Of a stretch of 33,284 nucleotides of DNA, positions 7,069-15,543 are shown in pieces; the first letter of the stretch is position 1, and each line of letters starts with the position of its first letter. Made by a program: the position numbers and the translations under genes. Source of the DNA: Thermodesulfobacteriota bacterium (GTDB lineage: Bacteria; Desulfobacterota_D; UBA1144; Nemesobacterales; N074bin48); contig JBFFSH010000025.1 of the NCBI GenBank assembly GCA_041572575.1, positions 1-33,284 on the forward strand. Reading direction: 5' to 3'. The notes beneath the pieces were generated by a model. It had not been told where the DNA came from, did no database searches, and was given only the letters and a program-made list of their open reading frames with translations.

Positions 7069-9384
7069 ATGTCTGAACTACTTGGTCAGAAAATTGAAAA
7101 TTATAAGATTTTAGAGAGTATCGGAGTTGGGGGTATGGGAGAGGTGTATAAGGCCATACATGAGACTCTGGACAGAGTAGTCGCGCTTAAGGTTATTCAT
7201 CCTGAACTTCTCAGCAATGCTGACATAATAAAAAGATTTTATAAAGAAGCAAAAATTCAGGCACAGATGACTCACCCAAATATTGTAACTGTTTTTGATT
7301 TTCTCGAGGTTCAGAACAGCTACTTTTTAGTCATGGAATATATAGAAGGGGAAAGCATAGGAAAAATCATTAAAAAACAAGGTCCTCAGGAAATCAACTT
7401 CGCGCTTAAGATATTCAAGCAGATTCTTTCAGGAATTTCCCATGCTCATTCCAAGGGCATAATTCACAGAGATATAAAACCAAATAACTTTATTCTTACT
7501 AAAGGCGAAGTTAAAATCACTGATTTTGGTATTGCTCATATTGTTTCCGATTCGGTCCATACAGTTGCCGGCACTGTTCTTGGTACACCTAAATATATGT
7601 CTCCCGAACAGATTCTTGGAGAAATAGTTGATCACAGATCCGATATATATTCTCTTGGAGTTTCATTTTATGAAATACTGGCAGGAAAGGTTCCATTTGG
7701 AAGCAATTCAGGATCTGATTATGAAATAAAAAAAGGGCATGTTGAGCTTACTCCAACGCCTATTAGTGAAATCAGACCAGATGTATCTAAAGATTTAGAA
7801 AATGCTATTGCTAGATCAATGGCAAAAAGACCCGAAGCGCGGTTTCAGTCAGTTGATGATTTTCTTGCAGCACTGAAAATAGGAGTTTCATCTGATCTGT
7901 CAATCAGAATTGATGGAATAAGTAGTTCTGATACTACAGAGCCTACTATATATACCGGAGAAACTACTACCGCCAACCAGGTTAGCTTTGAAGACTTAGA
8001 TGAATATGATGAAAGCGGGGATATAGAAAAACGGTTTTTTTCTCAAATTCTGTGTTTATTCTACAGGGAAAAAAAGACGGGGATTTTGTATATATCTGCA
8101 CAAACAGAACTTAAAATCTATTTTCTTCAGGGAAACATAGTTTTTCTACACGGCAGCAACCAGCGTTATGCTCTTGCTGAGCTTTTAGTAAACAAATCTA
8201 TAATTACCAAAGAAGATCAGCGGGCAGCCATTGCCTTTGCTAATGAAAGGGATATTAAAATTGGTGAAGCCCTTATTAAAATGGGAAAAATAAACCCTCA
8301 CCAACTTTCTACTGTACTTGAAGATCAAATAAGAAAGAGATTGATGGAGGGTTTCGGGCTCAGTAAAGGTAAATTCTATTATACAGACACAAACCTGTTG
8401 AAGTTGGAGGTTATGTACAATATTAACCCCCTGCAGGTGATTTATGACGCAGTTGAAAAATCAATAGTTAATGATACTGAAATATCAAATTTACTTAACA
8501 ATAATAATACTATTATTAGTAGAAGATGGGGTTTAGCACAGGATATTGCTACCCTTAAATTTTCATCTACAAAAGAATTAAAGCTTGCAAATTCTATTAA
8601 AAAAGCAAAAACAATAGGTGAACTAATTTCAATTAGCCCCCTTGATGAAGAAAATACGAAAAGGTTCATTCTTTTTCTTCATACTGCAGAATTTATTGAT
8701 CTAAGAGATGAATCTTCTGAAGAAGAACAGTTAGAGGATATAATCATAACAAATGAATCCTCAGCATCTGAACCAGATTTTGACGAAGAAATAGAAGAGC
8801 TGGAGCTCGAAATAATAGACGATTCCCAATTTGATAACTTAGAGCTAAGTGATGATAAAGTTAGTAGTGAACCAATAGAACAATCTACTGAAAATAACAA
8901 TGATTTTAAAATAGAAATAAATTTCCCCGGTACCAAACAGCAGCAGGAAAAGACACCCGAAGAAGGTGCAAAAGTTGATGAACAGATAGTAGACTTAGAG
9001 GATAATATTAGTGGGGAAAAAACTAAGGTGCTCTCAAGCGATGAAATTGAAAAAATTCGCGCTGAATTGTCCGGTTCAAATAAAAAAGACAGTACTGAAA
9101 GTGTTTCAGATTTTAAACTTGATTTTGATCCTGATAAATTTGAAGCAAATAGCCCAAATAGCAATGTTAAACAGCAAGCAGATCCCAATGAAATAAATCT
9201 GGAAATTGAACTGCCGCGACTCGGTGGTGATTTGAAAAGTCAGCTAAAAACACCTGATAACAAAAGCGCTTCTACAAATAAAGGCCACTCAGAATCTCAG
9301 AGGAAAATGAGTGATGAGCACACTCAGGAACTGAAACAGGAAGAAATAGAAGAGTTGAGGAAGCTTACTATAAGGAAGAACTAA
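7069..9384 (+). CDS. Cytoplasmic Hanks-type Ser/Thr kinase with a DUF4388/PatA_N-like domain and an acidic tail
   Basis: GVGGMGEV, VALK, HRDIKPNN, DFG, GTPKYMSPE. Residues about 315-440 read GDIE...REKKTGILYI...IYFLQGNIVF...GKFYY (DUF4388-like). No TM or PASTA domain. Confidence 0.95.
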   Translation: MSELLGQKIENYKILESIGVGGMGEVYKAIHETLDRVVALKVIHPELLSNADIIKRFYKEAKIQAQMTHPNIVTVFDFLEVQNSYFLVMEYIEGESIGKIIKKQGPQEINFALKIFKQILSGISHAHSKGIIHRDIKPNNFILTKGEVKITDFGIAHIVSDSVHTVAGTVLGTPKYMSPEQILGEIVDHRSDIYSLGVSFYEILAGKVPFGSNSGSDYEIKKGHVELTPTPISEIRPDVSKDLENAIARSMAKRPEARFQSVDDFLAALKIGVSSDLSIRIDGISSSDTTEPTIYTGETTTANQVSFEDLDEYDESGDIEKRFFSQILCLFYREKKTGILYISAQTELKIYFLQGNIVFLHGSNQRYALAELLVNKSIITKEDQRAAIAFANERDIKIGEALIKMGKINPHQLSTVLEDQIRKRLMEGFGLSKGKFYYTDTNLLKLEVMYNINPLQVIYDAVEKSIVNDTEISNLLNNNNTIISRRWGLAQDIATLKFSSTKELKLANSIKKAKTIGELISISPLDEENTKRFILFLHTAEFIDLRDESSEEEQLEDIIITNESSASEPDFDEEIEELELEIIDDSQFDNLELSDDKVSSEPIEQSTENNNDFKIEINFPGTKQQQEKTPEEGAKVDEQIVDLEDNISGEKTKVLSSDEIEKIRAELSGSNKKDSTESVSDFKLDFDPDKFEANSPNSNVKQQADPNEINLEIELPRLGGDLKSQLKTPDNKSASTNKGHSESQRKMSDEHTQELKQEEIEELRKLTIRKN

Positions 9385-9422
9385 GGCTTTATTCTAGTAA
9401 AAATACCAAAACATAAGGTTTC

Positions 9423-10370
9423 TCAAAAGATTAATCTCAGAAATATTAAGTATAACATTAATAAAATAAACCCTTCTTTTTTTGTAATCCTATAATCAGT
9501 TCTCATAATTGGCAGCATTAGTACAGATAGAAAGATCATTACTAAAAACTCAAAATCAAGCAGCCTGGATTCCACCTGAATTGGTTTTAATATAGAAACA
9601 ATTCCTATAATACCAATATTGAAAATATTACTTCCAATTATATTCCCAATGATTATTCCTGACTCTTTTTTTAATGCAGCAATTATAGAAGTAGTAAGCT
9701 CAGGAAGGGAAGTGCCAATGGCTACTGCGGTAATTCCAATTATTGTTTCACTTACTCCAAACTTTTGAGCCATGGTTATTGAAGATTCAACAATAAGTTT
9801 TGCCCCGATGCTAAGGCCAATAAGTCCTATCAGTATATAAGCGAAATTTTTATAATAGTTTTTATCAACTTCAATGAATTCATCAAACTCTCTTTCAATA
9901 TATTTAGGCTCTTTAAACGCAACATAACTACTATAAGTAATAATTGAAATTAAAAGAGCAAAAAGAGCAGCACCTTCAATACGTCCAATTTCTAAGTCCT
10001 TGGATAATATAAACAACAGGGTTGACAGCAGTATCATGAAGGGAAGCTCAACTTTTATTAATGTAAGCTGTATTCTAATTGAATAAATAAGTGCTGTTAG
10101 TGCCAGTATTAATCCAATATTGGAAATATTACTTCCAAGGATATTCCCCATTATTAAATCATTCGAACCCTTAACAGAAGCTATTATCGATACAACCAGT
10201 TCCGGGGCTGATGTTCCAAATGCTACCACCGTTAGTCCAATGACAATAGAGTTTATTCCCAATGCCCGAGCTAATCTGGAGGCTCCCTTTACAAGCCCCT
10301 CACCGCCAAAATATAGTAAAATAAGGCCGACTATAAATAACGATATATTGTATAGGATAGTATCTTCCAT
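9423..10370 (-). CDS. Calcium/sodium antiporter (CaCA family, YrbG-like)
   Basis: Alpha repeats GTSAPE...GNILGSNISN and GTSLPE...GNIIGSNIFN. Confidence 0.94.
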   Translation of the reverse strand: MEDTILYNISLFIVGLILLYFGGEGLVKGASRLARALGINSIVIGLTVVAFGTSAPELVVSIIASVKGSNDLIMGNILGSNISNIGLILALTALIYSIRIQLTLIKVELPFMILLSTLLFILSKDLEIGRIEGAALFALLISIITYSSYVAFKEPKYIEREFDEFIEVDKNYYKNFAYILIGLIGLSIGAKLIVESSITMAQKFGVSETIIGITAVAIGTSLPELTTSIIAALKKESGIIIGNIIGSNIFNIGIIGIVSILKPIQVESRLLDFEFLVMIFLSVLMLPIMRTDYRITKKEGFILLMLYLIFLRLIF

Positions 10371-10519
10371 ATGTCCATTAAGAATTAAATGAGTCTTTAT
10401 TAAAGGTTTTTTCTTTGATTCTTTTTATATATTTATTTGAAATTAGTCGGCTAATGCATTAAAATTACTTGTTTTAGTATAATATTAAAGGAAAAATAGG
10501 TAAAAAGATATCGAACATG

Positions 10520-10557
10520 TTATTTTGTCATGAGTGAAAAACTGCGTGACAAAATAA
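10520..10557 (+). promoter_or_regulatory. Long inverted repeat/hairpin upstream of the CoA ligase
   Basis: TTATTTTGTCA...TGACAAAATAA perfect 11-bp arms, extendable inward to a GAAAA loop; lies downstream of TATAAT at 10478-10483. Confidence 0.6.
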
Positions 10558-10613
10558 TCTTTATATGTTTATACTAAAAAATAATTTTTTCAAATATATG
10601 GAGGAGGGGTTAA

Positions 10614-12338
10614 ATGCGATTACTTTTCAAACCTAGAGGTTCTAAATATGTAGGAGAAGGCACGCTCCCGCACGGCACATTTGATGATACTACTCAGTGG
10701 CTGCCGATCACAAGATATCTGGAAATGGGTGCTGAGCAATATCCGGATAAAACTCTATTTCGTGTGGCTGATAATGATGGGAATTTAACTGAAAGCTACA
10801 CATACAAAGAGTCTAATGAATGGGCAAACAGAGTCTCTAACGGACTTATAAGCGACTATGGAGTAAAAAAGGGCAGTAAGGTTGGAATGTATATGATTAA
10901 CTGTTCTGAATATGTTGTTTCAATTATTGCTATTCACAAAGCTGGTGCAATACAGGTACCTATCAATAAAGATGAAAAGGGTGAGAGATTAGCATATGTA
11001 ATCAATTACTCTGATATGATTTCCTTGATAATTGACCAGGGAAGTATTCCACTTATAGAAGAAGTAGCAAAAGACTTAACTAATCTACAAAGTATTATTG
11101 TAACAGGTGAAGGTGATATACCTTCAGAAATAGGTGGCATTAAGGTAACATCATTTAAGAATTTTGATAGTGGCTCAAACGCAAATCCTGGTATGAATGT
11201 AAACACTACGGATCAAGAACGTTGTATGTTTACTTCAGGTACAACGGGTATGCCTAAGGGTGTAGTAAGAGAACATGGCGGAGTTATAATGACTGTAAGA
11301 AGCTACCTGCAGCAGCAGGGAGTTAGAAGTGGTGATGTGTTAATGAGTGTACTTTCACTGGGACATGCCAATGCTCAGGTTATGTGTCTTTTTAGCGCAA
11401 TTGGCTCAGGTGCTACTGCTGTATTTTATCCACGCTTTTCTGCTTCAAGTTTTTGGAAGTGGGCATCAGAATGCGGAGCTACATGTGCAAACATGTTAGG
11501 CGCAGTAGCAGAATACCTATGGGCAGCACCGCCTAGTGAATGGGATAAAAAACACAATATCAGAATTATGCTTGGATCTCCGGCACCAAGGAACTTAGCC
11601 GAGTTTCAGGAAAGATTCGGCGTAAGGGTTATAGATGGTTATGGCTCAACAGAAATGGGTATGGTTCTTTGGAAAGATGCAGAAGATCACAGACCAGGCT
11701 CATCAGGATATCCAATGGAAGGTTACTACACCGAACTCAGAAACCCTCTAGTTCAGGATGAAGCAATAAGAGCTTTCTGGGATCCGTTTGCAAACCCAAC
11801 ACCACCTGAAGAAGCAAAAGGGTTACTCTATATCAGACCAATGATTCCAAACACGACTTTAAATGAATATTTTAAAGATGACAGAAGAACAAGAGAAGCA
11901 TTTGATGATGATGGATTTTTTAATTCAGATGACATTTTTGCAAGAGGTATGGATGGTAGATACTATTTTGTTGGCAGATTTAGCCGTATAAGAGTATCTG
12001 GAGAAAATGTTGATCCGGTAGCTGTAGCTGATGAAGCGTTGAAATATGATTCTATTCAAGACGCGATTGCTGTTGGTATAAGGCTTCCAAATGTCTCTGA
12101 TGATGAAATTAAGCTAAATGTTACTCTAAAATCAGGAGCCAATTTTGATCCAATAGAGTTTTGTAAATGGATGGCCGAGAGAGTAATGGTTGCTATGGTT
12201 CCAAGATTTATTGAAGTATTTGAAGATGGTTTTCCAATGACAGCTACTCAGAAGGTTAAAGTGGCTGAATTAAAAGAAATCACAGACAAAACCTGGGATA
12301 GAAGTACAACAGGGCTCAAATTTAGTGCTCGAAAATAA
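10614..12338 (+). CDS. ATP-dependent acyl-CoA ligase (ANL superfamily, CaiC-like)
   Basis: FTSGTTGMPKG P-loop, DGYGSTE, SGENV, PMTATQK; strong SD GGAGGAGG. Confidence 0.9.
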   Translation: MRLLFKPRGSKYVGEGTLPHGTFDDTTQWLPITRYLEMGAEQYPDKTLFRVADNDGNLTESYTYKESNEWANRVSNGLISDYGVKKGSKVGMYMINCSEYVVSIIAIHKAGAIQVPINKDEKGERLAYVINYSDMISLIIDQGSIPLIEEVAKDLTNLQSIIVTGEGDIPSEIGGIKVTSFKNFDSGSNANPGMNVNTTDQERCMFTSGTTGMPKGVVREHGGVIMTVRSYLQQQGVRSGDVLMSVLSLGHANAQVMCLFSAIGSGATAVFYPRFSASSFWKWASECGATCANMLGAVAEYLWAAPPSEWDKKHNIRIMLGSPAPRNLAEFQERFGVRVIDGYGSTEMGMVLWKDAEDHRPGSSGYPMEGYYTELRNPLVQDEAIRAFWDPFANPTPPEEAKGLLYIRPMIPNTTLNEYFKDDRRTREAFDDDGFFNSDDIFARGMDGRYYFVGRFSRIRVSGENVDPVAVADEALKYDSIQDAIAVGIRLPNVSDDEIKLNVTLKSGANFDPIEFCKWMAERVMVAMVPRFIEVFEDGFPMTATQKVKVAELKEITDKTWDRSTTGLKFSARK

Positions 12339-12361
12339 ACGATAAAGATATTTAATACTAT

Positions 12362-12405
12362 AAAAGGAAGAAGAGAGTGATATACTCTTTTCTTCCTTTT
12401 TTTTT
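12362..12405 (+). terminator. Intrinsic terminator after the CoA ligase
   Basis: AAAAGGAAGAAGAGAGT-GATAT-ACTCTTTTCTTCC followed by a T9 tract. Confidence 0.9.
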
Positions 12406-12463
12406 GCTGTTATGAAGGTGATACAACAAATATTGTTTTGGTATAATAATTGCACTATATCTT

Positions 12464-13216
12464 ATGAGTAAAGAGTCTGAGTACATTATAGAGTTTGTTG
12501 ATGTACATAAATCGTTTAACTCAAACCATGTTCACAGGGGTATAAACCTTGGAGTGAAAAAAGGAGAGAATATTTGTATTCTAGGTGGAAGCGGCTCTGG
12601 CAAAAGTGTAATATTAAAAGAGTTATGCGGGCTTATAGAAATAGATAAGGGTAAAATTCTGGTTGAAGGAGAAGATATTACATCCCTGGATGAAGGGCAG
12701 GTCTTAAGAGTAAGAAAAAAAATTGGGATGTTATTTCAGGGATCGGCGCTTTTTGATTCCCTTGATGTTTATGAAAATATAGCATTTCCGATAAGAGAAA
12801 ATTTTAAATACTCTGAAGATCAAATTGGGTCCATTGTGAGAGAAAACTTAGATATCATTGGTCTTGAGGGAATAGAGGATAAGTATCCTTCTGACCTTAG
12901 CGGAGGTATGAAAAAAAGGGTTGCTCTTGCAAGAGCCCTTGCCATGAAGCCAAAAATTTTGCTTTATGATGAACCTACTACAGGGTTGGATCCGATTAAT
13001 ATTAAGCGAATCAATCAATTGATAAGAGATATGCAGTCTAGGTTTAGTATGACAGCTATAATTATTACGCACGATATTGTATCCAGCGCATTCGAAGTAT
13101 CCGATAGGGTAGCATTTTTATATGATGGTAAAATTATATTTTACGGAACAGTGGAACAGGCTAAAAATACAGAAATAAAAGAGTTCAGGGATTTTATTGA
13201 AGGCCGGTATAACTAA
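12464..13216 (+). CDS. ABC transporter ATP-binding protein, MlaF/Ttg2A-like
   Basis: Walker A GGSGSGKS, MLFQGSALFDSL, signature LSGGMKKR, Walker B LLYDEPTTGLDP, THD. Confidence 0.92.
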   Translation: MSKESEYIIEFVDVHKSFNSNHVHRGINLGVKKGENICILGGSGSGKSVILKELCGLIEIDKGKILVEGEDITSLDEGQVLRVRKKIGMLFQGSALFDSLDVYENIAFPIRENFKYSEDQIGSIVRENLDIIGLEGIEDKYPSDLSGGMKKRVALARALAMKPKILLYDEPTTGLDPINIKRINQLIRDMQSRFSMTAIIITHDIVSSAFEVSDRVAFLYDGKIIFYGTVEQAKNTEIKEFRDFIEGRYN

Positions 13217-13244
13217 TTACTCTTTAATTTAAAAGGAATATTAT

Positions 13245-13994
13245 ATGAATATATTAATTGTTCATGATTCAAAATCATCAATACTTCTAATAAAAACTTT
13301 TATCATGTCTGAGCTCAGTGATGCTTTAGTGTCCGAATCCACAGATGTAGAATCAGGAGAACAATTATTAAAAAATTCAAAATTTGATGTGATTATCTGT
13401 GGTAAACAGGTAATAGAAAATGGCTCAGCCGGATTTATATCTAAAGTAAAATCAATGAACAGAAACTGCCCTATAATTCTTGTTACCTCTGATTCTTCTA
13501 ATGAAAAATTAAATGATATAAAGGCCTCCGGAATTAATTATGTGCTTAGCACGCCGTTTAATTCGGTACAGCTTCGTTCTATTATTCTCGAAGCTTGTGA
13601 TCTTAGAACCAGAAGGGCTCATCAGAGAATAAATATTCCCGGAACTAAAGTTATTGCACATCTTGATCATGATGACCTTGATGGTGAAGTAATAAATATT
13701 AGTGAGTCTGGTATTTTGTGTGATTTTATAGGCAAGAAAATTAACAGTGAGCTTATAAACAGTACACATGTATCTGTGGTTTTCCCCCCCATTTTTAATA
13801 ATGCCAGTATTAAAAATCTTTCCTGCAAGCTTTTGAGGCTAAATGTTATGGCATGGGATGACGATCTTTTCCCTGAGTGTTTGCCAAATCATGTAAGGGT
13901 TGTATGGCAGGTTGTTAATATGTCGTTTGAAAACAAGAAAATTCTTACAGACATACTTTCGATTGCAGAAAATAACCTAAGCAAGCTCCATTAA
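13245..13994 (+). CDS. Pseudo-receiver domain plus PilZ domain protein
   Basis: REC-like ILIVHD...DVIICG...ILVT...TPF; PilZ RxxxR (RAHQR) and NxSxxG (NISESG). Confidence 0.82.
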   Translation: MNILIVHDSKSSILLIKTFIMSELSDALVSESTDVESGEQLLKNSKFDVIICGKQVIENGSAGFISKVKSMNRNCPIILVTSDSSNEKLNDIKASGINYVLSTPFNSVQLRSIILEACDLRTRRAHQRINIPGTKVIAHLDHDDLDGEVINISESGILCDFIGKKINSELINSTHVSVVFPPIFNNASIKNLSCKLLRLNVMAWDDDLFPECLPNHVRVVWQVVNMSFENKKILTDILSIAENNLSKLH

Positions 13995-14067
13995 GCAGTA
14001 TTCAGAAAGTATTCTTCAATAACACTAAACCCTCTATTTACATAAACTACATAGCTTATAATATCAC

Positions 14068-15144
14068 TTAATTTAAGGTGTGCTGCTTGTTTTCAATCAG
14101 GTGTTCAAACATCTGTTTATCATTCGATTTATAGAAAGCTTCCTCAGCAGAAATTTTGCCATCTTTATGAAGCTGCATTATTGCATTGTCTAAAAGCTGC
14201 ATCCCCTGCTGCTTTCCAGTTTGAATGATAGAAGGAATCTGGAAAATTTTCCCCTCTCTTATTAAATTTGATACAGCAGTATTTACCACCAATATTTCCA
14301 AAGCTGCTGATCTTCCGGCAATATCGGATCTCTTGAGAAGCTGCTGGCAAACTACTCCCTTTAAAGACTCTGAGAGCATGGTTCTGATTTGGGACTGTTG
14401 CCCAGCGGGAAAAGCATCTATGATTCTATCTATGGTTTTTGGTGCTGAACTTGTGTGTAAAGTAGCAAAAACAAGGTGGCCTGTTTCAGCTGCTGTAATA
14501 GCAAGCTCAATGGTTTCCAGGTCTCTCATTTCCCCAAGCATAATAATATCCGGGTCTTCTCTGAGAGATGCCCTTAGTGCTGTAGAAAATGATTCGGTGT
14601 GCACTCCCACTTGTCTGTGCTGAACAAGACATTTATCGCTTTGATGTACAAATTCTATGGGGTCTTCAATTGTTATAATATGGTCTGAACGTGTTTTGTT
14701 AATATGATTGATAAGTGCTGCCAGTGTAGTAGATTTACCGCTTCCGGTAGGGCCTGTAACCAAAACTAGTCCTCTGCTTAGAGATGCGAAGTCTTTTATT
14801 TTTTCAGGCAGACCCAAATTCTCGATTGAGTTTATTTCTTTTGGGATTAGTCTGAATGCGCTTGATATTCCCCGTTGCTGCATATAGTAGTTTGCCCTGA
14901 ATCTGGCTACACCTGTTACTTCATGAGCAAAGTCGAGGTCGTTGTTTTGCTTAAATGTTTTCTTTTGTTCTTCATCTAAAATTTCATTACACAATTTGGT
15001 AACAATATCGTGAGTGAGAATTTGATCACTTGCTGGTTTGAGTTCACCATGATGCCTGAAAAGGGGCCTCATCCCGGATGATAAATGAAAGTCACTTATG
15101 TCATTTTCTGCCATATAGTTAAAAAATTTGTCCAGTTCTGCCAT
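14068..15144 (-). CDS. pilT: Type IV pilus retraction ATPase PilT (downstream copy)
   Basis: GPTGSGKST, TIEDPIE, LREDPD, GEMRD, TGHLVFATLH, AVSNLIRE. Confidence 0.96.
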   Translation of the reverse strand: MAELDKFFNYMAENDISDFHLSSGMRPLFRHHGELKPASDQILTHDIVTKLCNEILDEEQKKTFKQNNDLDFAHEVTGVARFRANYYMQQRGISSAFRLIPKEINSIENLGLPEKIKDFASLSRGLVLVTGPTGSGKSTTLAALINHINKTRSDHIITIEDPIEFVHQSDKCLVQHRQVGVHTESFSTALRASLREDPDIIMLGEMRDLETIELAITAAETGHLVFATLHTSSAPKTIDRIIDAFPAGQQSQIRTMLSESLKGVVCQQLLKRSDIAGRSAALEILVVNTAVSNLIREGKIFQIPSIIQTGKQQGMQLLDNAIMQLHKDGKISAEEAFYKSNDKQMFEHLIENKQHTLN

Positions 15145-15203
15145 TATATGTACCGTCCTATATATAAAAATCTTATGTTTAGTTATATTCTAATTATATT
15201 CAT

Positions 15204-15220
15204 TGCAAATGGCGTACCAA
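15204..15220 (-). promoter_or_regulatory. Sigma-54 (-24/-12) promoter of the downstream pilT
   Basis: Minus strand TTGGTACGCCATTTGCA, GG-N10-GC, about 60 nt before the ATG. Confidence 0.8.
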
Positions 15221-15277
15221 CATATGTATTTTGGATAACTGCTGGGATTTGTTGAAATCAGTTTAAAAACAGGATTA

Positions 15278-15327
15278 TAACTGACTAATATATTCAACTA
15301 TTGTTAATAGTTTGACAGAAATTGTCG
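15278..15327 (-). promoter_or_regulatory. IHF-like site and putative enhancer (UAS) for the sigma-54 promoter
   Basis: Minus-strand TATTAGTCAGTTA (15278-15290) matches WATCARNNNNTTR at 8 of 9 defined positions. Palindromes AACTATT-GTT-AATAGTT (15296-15312) and GACA-N5-TGTC (in 15313-15327). Confidence 0.55.
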
Positions 15328-15543
15328 GAGATAATATAAAGATATGTAAATCAGAAGCTTTTTTACGCAATAATCTAGAAAAAGTAATCTCTATTTCTAG
15401 CATTCAGAGGGATTTATCTAACAGTTATTAAGGAATTAGGTACCCAAACTGGAATTTGTTTCCCCAATATGTTTACAGGTTTGATTAATAATCGGATACA
15501 AAAGAGTATTGAGTTTTATGCCATTTATATCTGAGATGCAGTT

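Noticed and set aside
5522..9384. Type VI secretion Fha/PppA/PpkA module
   Set aside because: No T6SS structural genes in the window, and the kinase lacks a membrane or periplasmic part.
14068..15144. Calling the downstream ATPase pilU
   Set aside because: It is about 80% identical to the upstream copy and keeps the PilT-type AVSNLIRE motif.
15330..15543. c-di-GMP riboswitch or sRNA in the inter-pilT spacer
   Set aside because: No recognisable riboswitch core or stable multi-stem structure by eye; an Rfam scan would settle it.
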